Source: Eledone cirrhosa
Taxonomy: Eukaryota
NCBI GenBank assembly: GCA_964016885.1
Contig: OZ024740.1
Coordinates: forward strand, 399,404,001 to 399,468,000
DNA length: 64,000 bases
Reading direction: 5' to 3'
Part shown: in pieces, positions 39,531-50,560 of the stretch
Layout: each line of letters starts with the position of its first letter
Numbering within the stretch: position 1 is the first letter of the stretch
The notes under the pieces: generated by a model
The model's database searches: none
Seen by the model: only the letters and a program-made list of their open reading frames with translations
What the model was told of the DNA's origin: nothing
Position numbers and translations under genes: made by a program

Positions 39531-40282
39531 TATCATCATCATCTCCGTTTAATGTCTTATTTTCCATGCTTGCATGGGTCAGATGGGTCATCCATGGAAT
39601 GAGGCAAATCTGGCCAGTTGGCTGCGCTGAACCTTGCTCAAATGGAACTGCATTTTGGCTGGGTTTTTTACAGCTGGATACCCTTCCTAGCACCAATCAC
39701 GCTTACAGTGTAGAACTGGGTGGTCCTGTTATGAGAGGGGTCTGGCCAATTGGCCCTGCCATACCCTGATCATAAGCAGATCCCTATTTGGGAGCTGGGT
39801 GGACTAATAATGAGGGTGGTCTGGCCAGTTGGCTGCATCAAACTTGCTCATAGCAGAGCCTATGTTTTGGTTGAGGATTTTTAGGGTTGTTGGATTCCTT
39901 TCCTTACACCAACCACATTTACTGAGTGGGACTAGGTGGTCACACTTATGAGGCAAGTCTAGCCTGTTGGGCACACCGTACCTTGCACATGCCGGACCAC
40001 ATTTCAGTTGCTTGATGTCCTTCCTCACACCAACAACATTTACAGTATGGAACTGGGTGGTCCCGTTATGAGGAGGGTCTGGCCAGTTGGCCGTGTGATA
40101 CCCTGCTCATAGTGGAACCATATTTTGGGAGCTAGGTGAACATGTTTACAGTGTGGAATTTGGGGGTTCCATTATAAAGTAGGTCTGGTCAGTTGGCTGT
40201 ACTGAACCTTGCATATACTAGGACCTGTGTTTTTATGGCTGCTGGGCGCCTTTCCTAACACCAACCACCATTACAGTGTGGG
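39531..40282 (-). repeat. Irregular tandem amplification of an RTE/SINE tail module
   Basis: TCTGGCCAGTTGGC-like anchors near 39609, 39741, 39820, 39958, 40078 and 40184. Confidence 0.7.
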
Positions 40283-40317
40283 ATGCACACACACACACAT
40301 GTATGTATGTATGTATG

Positions 40318-41422
40318 TTATCTCTTTCTCTTAATTTTGAGTATATTTTTTTGACTGGTCACCTTCCTGGTGGCAAGGTTGTAAAAGAAAAGAAATTGTC
40401 ATCCCTTGAATCGCAAGAATGTTTTGCAAATTTTGAAGGTGCCAGCTATCGCAGCCATTTGTAGACTATGAATTAGGGAGCTGCGCTCTTTGTCCGCAAA
40501 TCCAAGTTCAGTCATACTTTGGTCCAAGCGGGTTGGTATATAACCCGTAGCTCCAATAATGATGGGTATGAAGCTAAAGGTGTATCTTCTGAATTTGTAA
40601 ACTCCTCATCAATGGTCCGTAGATGTCCTCCTCCTGTATTTTTCTGACAATGTTTACATCAAGTGGGCAGCTGATCTCCACAACAGAACACGTTTTCAAT
40701 GTGTGGTCCCAAACAACAATATCAGGCCGGTTGTGCTTTAATTTGGTGACAGTTTTTATTTTCAGGTTCCACCAGTATTCCTTAGTGCCATCTGTCTCAA
40801 TATATTCTTCCTCGTCTGTTGTTAATTTTGTTTTCCGAAGTGCGTTCCAGATGGTTCTAGCTATCCCATCGTGTCTCATGGGGAGGTAGTAGCGAGATGA
40901 CATTCTTTCGCAGCTGGCAACAATGTGGCTTACATCCTTGATCTTTGTTTTACATAGCCTACATTTATTGTCAGCTGATGGCCCTCCCCTTTTGTGCAGC
41001 AGATTTGGTAGGGAGTTCTTGTTCCTGTATTGCATAGAGATATCCCTCAAGGTGTGATGTCATAAACCTGTCGGAACTCCATGCCAGGCTTTTTGAGTGG
41101 TTTATCCCCTCTATGCTCTGTGTTTTACGTCTCAAGTATCCATGCACAACTTTTTCTGTAAATTGGTCAGTTTTTTCATCTTCTTTTGAACATTGAATAG
41201 GATCTTCCGATTTCTCTTGATGAGAGATTTATATCAGACTTTATTCCATATCTCTCCTCCAGATCAGTGGCTATTCTAATGGTATATTTTATTTCATGCT
41301 CATAAACCTGGGCAAGATGGTTGCCAACCTTTTTCCTCTGTTGCAGGTGTTGCTTCAGTGTTACTATGTGGGTCTCATATGATGTTAATATGGATTTTAG
41401 ACCCCGGCCACCTTCCTTGCGT
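40318..41422 (-). mobile_element. R4/Dong-type element, copy C (5'-truncated, 1.1 kb, some indels)
   Basis: Colinear with 1786-2901; (ATGT)n at both junctions. Confidence 0.93.
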
Positions 41423-41641
41423 AATATATGTATGTATGTATGTTTGTATGTATATATATAACTGTCGACAGTTGGGATTAGAGGAATATTGGTAAACATT
41501 TATCTATTATTTCTTCAAACTTACATTTTAAACTTAGCTCCGTTTAATTGATTATTTATTTAGTCAATTTCTCCAGACTAAGAAGAAAAATTAGGTAAAT
41601 TCTATCTGCCTGTTTTTCAAACTTATATATATATATATATA

Positions 41642-41699
<58 letters not shown>

Positions 41700-41789
41700 T
41701 ATATATCATCATCATCATAATCATTTAACATCCATTTTCCATGCTAACATGGGTAGGATGTGCTGTCCTATTGTGAGACACCTCCTCTC

Positions 41790-44110
41790 AGGTATGACAG
41801 CAGTTGAACAGAGACAGACAGAATCCCTGTGGACCTCCCAAACAGACTGTTCATGGAACAAGTAGTACTTCACCTAACAAGAGGTGAAAATGTCCTGGAT
41901 CTCTGCTTTACAAATAATATGGTGCTCATCCACAATGTAAAGGTGACATCAACGATTTTTTTCGGATTATAACATAGTAGAACTAATAATATATGGTCCG
42001 AGGGAGTCAGTAGAGATACAACCATTAGGAAGCACCAGGAATCTATCCAGCCTAAACTTTCACAAGGCTAACTGGAAAAAGATCCAAAAGCAAAACTGTA
42101 GTGACATCTCCCCAAAAGATATCAATACGCAATTTCAACATTTCATGACAACAATACAAACCATATGCTGTAGGTTTGTCCCGGAAAAAAAGGCCAACAG
42201 ACACAAACATTTTATTCCCAGAAACAAGAAAATCCTTATGAGATGAAGAACAAAGATCTCAAACCTGTTAAGTGCACAACAAAAGAACAAGAAGGAACCC
42301 CATTTGAAACAGGTACTGTTTGAAATTGAAACTGCACTCAAACTATCCCATGAGAAAGAAAGGGCAGAGAGAGAAGCCAGAGCCATAGAAAATATTAAAA
42401 CAAACCCCAAGGTCTTCTTTAAATTTGCAAAAGGGACTGCCTTGGTATACTGCAAGATTGGGCCACTTTTCCATAAAAATGGCTCATTGACCGAGGATCC
42501 TCAAGAGATAAGTAAAATACTGAATGAACAGTACAAAAGTGTTTTCACACCCCACCAATGGGGCATATGCAAATAACAAAGCCAGAGGAATTCTTTTATG
42601 TCACAACACTCCACGAAGAAATGGCAACCATCAACCACATAGATATAACAGAAGAAGATGTAATATCAGCCAAAGTAAAAATGAGAGTAAACTCAGCTGT
42701 TGGACATGATGGATTCCCAGCAATCCTCTTAAAAACAAACAAGCATGCCTTAGCAAGACCACTGAAGTTCCTCTTCGGAAGTTCTCTGGCTAGTGGTAAA
42801 CTACCCAAGAGATAAAAGAAGGCATTATATGTCCTATCCATAAAGGAGGAAGCAGAGCAGAGGCTAAAAATTACAGGCCAGTCTCCCTGACGACACATAT
42901 CAGAAAGGTCATGGAACGAATCATCAGAAAGAAACTGATCACGTTCCTAACTAACACTCAACATGGCTTTCACCTGGGAAGAAGCTGCTTTACACAGTTT
43001 TTACAACACTACAACTGGGCACTGGAACAACTTCTGGACAGCTCCAATGTGGACGTGATATATCTTGAATTGGCGAAGGCCTTCGACAAGGTCAACCATG
43101 GAATGATATCACAAACTACACAGATTTGGCATAACTGGAAAAGTAGGTGAGTGGCTGCATGACTTCTTAAAAGACAGCAGCCAGACTGTTGCAGCCAACA
43201 GAGCCCTCTCAAAGGAAATATCAATAACAAGTGGAGTGCCCCAGGGCACGGTCTTGGGACCACTACTGTTTTTGGTGGCTCTTTCAGACATGTCCTCTAG
43301 TGTACAACATCACTTACTAACTATGCTGATGACACAAAAGTAGCACAGGCAATCAAGAACTCAGCTTTTGCAATAAGATCTGGATGCCATATACAAATGG
43401 GTTGAGGACAACAACATTCAATTTAATATGAGGAAATTTCATGCCCTACGATATCAACCAGCTTACACAAGGACAGACAGTACAACAAAGCTACACAGGA
43501 TCAGGAGGGATTGAAATCCCCATGTCAAAATTGATACAAGACCTGGGTATAGACATGAGTGACAATGCAACATTTTATTCATACATCATGAAAATGGCGA
43601 CAATGTGCAGCCAACTTGCTGGCTGGATTTAAAAGACTTTCAAGACAAGAGACCAAGAAACCATGTTGGTACTATGGAGGACATTTATCCTCCATAATAC
43701 CGACTGTGGTCACCCCAAAGTGTTAAACTAACCACAGAGCTTGAAGCAATCCAATGAAGCTACACCAAGTGGATTGCCACGATGAAGGAGATGAGCTACT
43801 GAGAGAGGCTAAAAGAATTAAAACTACTCCTTGGGGTGAAGGTAGGAGGATCCTAGAGGGACTAGCACCAAACCTTGGCATTGAGAGCTGGACCAACCCT
43901 TGAACAGAATGTTCACATCTAGAGTAAGAAGCAGATATTGCAATAGCTTGGGGTTCAAAGGTCCTCAGCTCTTTAATAAGCAGCCAAGAAAATTGAGAGA
44001 TCTGCTTGGTGTGAACATGGATGAACCCACAGCATGGAATAAAGATAACCTAAGGGCAGCAGAAACGAACTCCTTCCTACATCAATGGCCAGCCAACGCA
44101 GGCAGGATAT
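41790..44110 (+). mobile_element. CR1-type LINE, decayed
   Basis: TRGENVLDL, QHGF..GRSC, DVIYL..AKAFDKV.H, SGVPQGTVLGPLLF, YADDTK. Confidence 0.85.
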
Positions 44111-44187
44111 AGAATGTGTGGCAACAAGCGTGGTGCCCCAGCTTGGCCTCAGCCGGATGGCAGGAACAAGTAAAAGAGTATATGTGA

Positions 44188-44242
<55 letters not shown>

Positions 44243-44329
44243 CAGACACACACACATATATATATATATATGTATATATACATTCCAGCCACCCATCCAT
44301 ACAAATTTACGAAGGTATCTTAACTCTTA

Positions 44330-44526
44330 TGACGTTATTATTATTAATATTACTGCTGTTTTCTGCTGTGTATTATTTCGGATTTACCCTGTTTTTCTGT
44401 CGTATTATTTCGGATTTACCATGCGGTCTTGAAGGCGACCCTCAGTGCCTACCTCACAATTTCCCTCCCTCCCACCGCCATAGCCTATTCGGCCAATCAA
44501 ACCCCAGCATGCCATTCCTACGGCTG

Positions 44527-44560
<34 letters not shown>

Positions 44561-47500
44561 CTAACTAACTCTCTCCTCCCCTGTCGCAGCCCAACACACC
44601 CTGCCATTATCCCACCACCACTGTTCTTCTAGCCCTCATTTTTCCCACCGTTATGGATGGATGAGCTGAGAATAAATTTGAGCAACTCTGAATCAATAGA
44701 TGAAATATGAATCTGCGAGCTACCAAGCACCCACGTGAAGCGCCAACCCAGAGACCCTTCCCTACGAGTGTCGACAAATGCCCAAAACTCCAATTGGTAC
44801 CATCAATGTAGGCTCAATGAAAGGAAGAGCAAGAGAAATCGTAGAAATGCTAGAGCGAAAGGAAATTGATGTATGCTGTGTGCAAGAGACTAGATGAAGA
44901 GGAGAGTCTGCCAGAGTCCTCGTAGGAAAAAGTCAGTGCTACAAATTTTTCTGGGTGGGAAATGACGATGGGATGGGTGGTGTAGGTATACTACTAGCTG
45001 ACAAGTGGGTAGATAAAGTAATCTCAGTGTACAGGGTAAATGCAAGAATCATTAAACTCAGACTAGTCCTGAATAAAACAATTACCACAATAATATCAGC
45101 TTACGCACCCCAATCGGGGCTGTCAGACGAACTTAAGGATAGGTTTTACGAGTCCCTAATGCACACTACTGCTCTAACAGACGACAATGACTTCCTAATC
45201 ATGACAGGAGATTTTAACGGACACGTAGGTAAACACTGCGACGGCTTCAATAGAGTACATGGAGGCCATGGGGTTGGCACAAGGAATGAGGAAGGATTCA
45301 GACGTCTAGAATTCTGCGACACCAATGTCATGTCGATATGTAACACAAACTTTAAAAAACCCGACAACCACCTGATCACCTATAGATCAGGGGAGCACTC
45401 TAGTCAGTTAGATTTTATCCTCATCAGAGGACGTGACAGATGGACAGTCGTAAACACAAAAGCCTTCCCTAGTGAGGAATGTACATCCCAACATAGCTTA
45501 GTTGTCAGCGACCTCACGGTTAGAACTAGACGAACCCGGAAACAGGCCAACCTGGAGAAGAAAGATCTGGAAGCTGAAAGTCCCCTCAACCAGTAACAGA
45601 TTTAAAGATATTTTACTCAACGCCTACGACAGTAAAGAAGAACAGATAGAGACATTTAATGTAGAAGAGAACTGGGAGTTCCTAAAAAATAATTTACTAG
45701 AGGCGACGGATGAGGTCTGTGGCTGGAGTAAGACCTCAAGCAGGAGGAGAGGGACTTGGTGGTGGAACAATAAGGTAGATGAAGCAGTTAAGGCCAAGAG
45801 ACAGGCATAGAAAGAATGGAAGAACGGGGGGAGCAGGGTACATTACATAGAGACCAAGAGGGAAGCTAGGCGACAAGTATACTTAGCTAGGAGGGCAGCA
45901 GAGGATAGAAAATTGAAGCATGTTTTGCAACGTGAGGACCAGAAACAGGAGGTATTCAAGATTGCAAGGCAGTGTGTCAGAGATAGTTGTGATGTCATTG
46001 GAGAGAAGTGTATCCGGAATGATAAAGGTGAGCTTGCCCTCACAAGTGCTGAGAAGAAAGATGCATGGAAGAGTCATTATGTTAGATTACTAAATGAGGA
46101 GAATGCATGGGAAGAAGAGACCCTACCCCAAGTAGACCCTATAGAGGGACCAGCAGTACAAGTCAGCAGCAGCGTAGTAAGTAAGGCAATCAAAGATATG
46201 AAGATGGGGAAGGCAATCGGTCCATCGGGTATAGCTGCCGAGATGCTGAAGGCATCTGGGTCTGTAGGTCACACTATAACCACACGTATCGTTAACCAGG
46301 TAATACTAGAAGGTGCCATACTAAAAGATTGGTGCAGTAGCATCATTGTCAACTGCTACAAAGGTAAAGGCGATGCACTAGATAGAGGAAACTATAGAGG
46401 TATAAAGTTGATGGACCAGGTCATGAAAGTAACAGAAAGAGTTATAGCACAGCTGATGAGGGACCGGGTGAAAATAGACGAGATGCAATTTGGGTTTGTA
46501 CCAGGAAGAGGCACCACTGATGCCCTCTTCCTTGTGAGGCAATTACAGGAAAAGTACCTAGCTAAAAGTAAGCCACTCTATTTGGCCTTTGTCGACCTTG
46601 AGAAAGCCTTTGACAGAGTTCCACGTGCTGTAATCTGGTGGGCTCTTAGAAAACTAGGAGTAGATGAATGGCTTGTGAAAGCGGTACAAGTCATGTATAG
46701 GGGAGCAGTCAGCAAAATTAGGATTAGCAATGAGTATAACGAGGAATTTAGCGTACAGGTTGGGGTCCACCAGGGCTCTGTTCTTAGCCCTCTCCTGTTC
46801 ATCATAGTCCTGCAGGCAATAACGGAGGAGTTTAAGACCGGATGCCCATGGGAACTCCTGTATGCTGATGACCTCGCACTTATAGCTGAATCTATGGTAG
46901 AACTAGAGAATAAATTCCAAACTTGGAAGCAGGGACTAGAAAGAAAGGGTCTCAAAGTCAACATGACAAAGACTAAGGTCCTTGTAAGTAGACGAGAAAA
47001 CAGAACCCAGATCCCCTCAGGGAAATGGCCTTGCTCAGTATGTAGGAAAGGTGTAGGTAGGAACTCCATTCGCTGCCCCAAATGCAAACAATGGGTACAC
47101 AAGAGATGTAGCGGGATCTCAGGAAGCTTAAGAATGTAGGATTCACATGCAGCAGATGTGCTGAGACAGCAAGCAGCAAACAGCCACAGGAAACAAGTAC
47201 CACCAATCTCTGGGAGGCCCTGTAGAAACAGTAGACAGCTTCTGCTAGCTAGGTGACCGAATTAGCAGCGGAGGTGGGTGTTCAGAAAGTACAATAACTA
47301 GGGTAAGAACGGGATGGAAGAAGTTTAGGGAACTACTACCACTGCTAGCTGCAAAAGGCTTCTCCCTCAGAATGAAAGGCAGACTGTATGATGTGTGTAT
47401 CCGAACAGCGATGTTGCATGGTAGTGAGACCTGGGCGCTGAAGGTGGAAGACTTACGTAGATTAGAGAGAAACGAAGCCTGCATGCTCCGATGGATGTGT

Positions 47501-48126
47501 AACAGTAATATACGTGAACGACAAAGCATAAATGAATTGAGAGAGAGACTGAGCATAAGAGGAATCAAATGCTGTGTGCAGGAGAGGCGGTTGCGCTGGT
47601 ATGGACATGTGATGCGTATGAAGGATGAGAGCTGCATAAAAAGGTGCAGAGCACTAGAAGTTGATGGAAACTGCGGAGTGGGGAGACCCAAGATGACCTG
47701 GGATGAGGTGATAAAAGCCCACCTTACCCAATTACACCTCTCAAAGACAATGACACACGACCGTGACTTCTGGCGTCACGCAGTAATACAGAGTACCCGA
47801 CCTCCCATGGGTACAAGCTGAAGCATATAGACAATATGCCCCCACACCTCCCACCGCAAGGTGGTCGTGGAGGTGCCATGGCAAAAAAGCACCCAGCCCA
47901 CACTGTAAAGTGGACGTGTAGGCGCCACGAAAAAGCACCCAGCACTCACTGTAAATGAGGTTTGGTGTTAGGAAGGGCATCCAGCTGTAGAAATCAAGCC
48001 AAATCAGTTCCTGTATGAGCAAGGCATGGTCAGCCGACCAGACACTGCCCACAACAGGACAACCCGTCTAGCCCATGCTAGCGTGGAAGAACGGACGTAA
48101 AACGGTGATGATGATGATGATGATGA
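44330..48126 (+). mobile_element. Near full-length RTE LINE (APE + RT + PHD-like finger) with a few stops/frameshifts and a (GAT)n tail
   Basis: GTINVGSM, VQET, SAYAPQ, GDFNGHVG, FVDLEKAFDRV, GVHQGSVLSPLLF, LYADD, MLHGSETW, LRWYGHV. Confidence 0.93.
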
Positions 48127-48143
48127 CATATATACATATACAC

Positions 48144-48182
<39 letters not shown>

Positions 48183-48209
48183 CATATACATATGTATACA
48201 CACACACAC

Positions 48210-48253
<44 letters not shown>

Positions 48254-48498
48254 TATATGAAGGCAAATGGATACACACGTATATGAAGAATTGGATTTGC
48301 AATCATGAGGTTGTGAGTTCGATTCCCAGACCGGGTGATGCGTAAAGTCCTTGAGCAAGACACTTTATTTCACGTTGCTCCTTCTACCTGGAGTTGCAAC
48401 CAATAGATAGTATTAGCAATTGGAAACACCTACGGAAACATAGTTTCCTCGGTCCGATTTGACAAAAGTCGATTGACTGTATATATATGAATAGATAC

Positions 48499-49489
48499 AT
48501 CATCATCACCGTTTTACGTCCGTTCTTCCACGCTAGCATGGGTTAGACGGGTTGTCCTGTTGTGGGCAGTGTCTGGTCGGCTGACCATGCCTTGCTCATA
48601 CAGGAACTGATCTGGCTTGATTTCTACAGCTGGATGCCCTTCCTAACACCAACCTCATTTACAGTGAGTGCTGGGTGCTTTTTCGTGGCGCCTACACGTC
48701 CACTTTACAGTGTGGGCTGGGTGCTTTTTTGCCGTGGCACCTCCACGACCACCTTGCGGTGGGGGGGGGGGGGGGGCATATTGTTTATATGCTTCAGCAT
48801 GTACCCATGGGAGGTCGGGTACCCTGTATTACTGCGTGACGCCAGAAGTCACGGTCGTGTGTCATTGACTTTGAGAGGTGTAGTTGGGTAAGGTCGGCTT
48901 TTATCACCTCATCCCAAGTCATCTTGGGTCTCCCCACTCCGCGGTTTCCATCAACTTCTAGTGCTCTGCACCTTTTTATGCAGCTGTCATCCTTCATACG
49001 CATCACATGTCCATACCAGCGTAACCGCCTCTCCTGCACGCAGCATTTGATTCCTCTTATGCTCAGTCTCTCTCTCAATTCATTTATGCTTTGTCGTTCA
49101 CGTATATTACTGTTACACATCCATCGGAGCATGCAGGCTTCGTTTCTCTCTAATCTACGTAAGTCTTCCACCTTCAGCACCCAGGTCTCACTACCATGCA
49201 ACATCGCTGTTCGGATACACGCATCATACAGTCTGCCTTTCATTCTGAGGGAGAAGCCTTTTGCAGCTAGCAGTGGTAGTAGTTCCCTAAACTTCTTCCA
49301 TCCCGTTCTTACCCTAGTTATTGTACTTTCTGAGCACCCACCTCCGTTGCTAATTCGGTCACCTAGGTAGCAGAAGCTGTCTACTGTTTCTACAGGGCCC
49401 TCCCAGAGATTGGTGGTACTTGTTTCCTGTGGCTGTTTGCTTGCTGTTTCAGCACAGCTGCTGCATGTGAATCCTACATTCTTAATTAA
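48499..49489 (-). mobile_element. 5'-truncated RTE copy, inverted relative to the preceding element
   Basis: Highly similar reverse complement of about 47128-48118. Confidence 0.93.
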
Positions 49490-49511
49490 TACATATATAC
49501 ATATATATATA

Positions 49512-49826
49512 TATATTAATAAAAGGAATTCCAACTTTGTCTGATTTACTCGTTTTATTTACAATCCTTTAAAGTTTATAATGGTATTAGAATGAAATAG
49601 TATGGTAGGATATTAAATGTTAATTGAACAAGTACTTTCACCACTGAATATTAACCTGAAGATTGCGAAAGCATGAAAGTACTTGTTCAATTAACACTTA
49701 ACATTTAATATTCTACCATACTATTTCATTCTAATACCATTATATATTTTAAAGGATTGTAAATAAAACGTGTAAATCAGACAAAGTTGGAATTCCTTTT
49801 ATTAATATAATCTTCTATACACAATC
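49512..49826 (+). mobile_element. Penelope-like pseudo-LTR foldback (arms of about 130 bp)
   Basis: 49512-49640 is complementary to 49674-49809 (few mismatches, one 7-nt indel). AATAAA in the arm; flanked by TA-rich microsatellite. Confidence 0.8.
49650..49691 (+). ncRNA. Minimal type I hammerhead ribozyme motif
   Basis: AUUAAC-CUGAAGA-U UGC GAAA GCA U-GAAA-GUAC-UU-GUUCAAU: core boxes, stem II, palindromic GUAC loop III and stem I with one bulge. Confidence 0.65.
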
Positions 49827-50198
49827 ATACACACCCATGTATATTTATCTATCTATATATATATGTACATATATATATATACATATTTATATACACATAC
49901 ATATAAGTACATATTTTCACAAACACATACCCATGTATATATATGTGTAAATATATATAAGATAGTTGGCATTTCACCAAGAACGACATGTGTTTATGTC
50001 GTTAGCAATTCGACAAATAGAAATTGATAAAATAAGTAGCAAATTTGAAAAAAAAGTTGAAGTTAATATGATTGACTAAACACTTCAAGGTGGTGCCCTG
50101 GCATGACTGCAGTCTAATGACCAAAACAGTAAAAGAAAAAGAAAATAAAAAATATTTATATGTATACACACACACACACATATATGTATATGCATGCA

Positions 50199-50542
50199 TT
50201 AGTTGTTAGAGCATCGGCCTTGCAATCGAAAGGTTGCGAGTTCAATTCTCAGACCAGGTGATGTGTTGTTTCTTTGAGCAAGACACTTTATTTCACATTG
50301 CTCCAGTTTACTCAGCTGTAGAAATGAGATGATAGGGACTGAGGTCCATATCATTCCACTGCAAAGTGGTCGTGGAGGTGCCACGGCAAAAAAGCACCCA
50401 GCACTCACTGTAAATGAGGTTGGTGTTAGGAAGGGCATCCAGCTGTAGAAATCAAGCCAGAATCAGTTCCCATCCCACCCTTGCAAGCAGGGAAAAAAGC
50501 GGACGTAAAATGAAATGATGATGATGATGATGATGATGATGA
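50199..50542 (+). mobile_element. SINE family 2 head joined to an RTE-type 3' tail
   Basis: GAGTTCAATTC B-box; 50356-50470 matches 47855-48011 with a deletion; (GAT)n tail. Confidence 0.75.
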
Positions 50543-50560
50543 TATATATATATATATATA

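Noticed and set aside
50199-50262. tRNA gene
   Set aside because: SINE head without a complete cloverleaf; it continues into SINE body.
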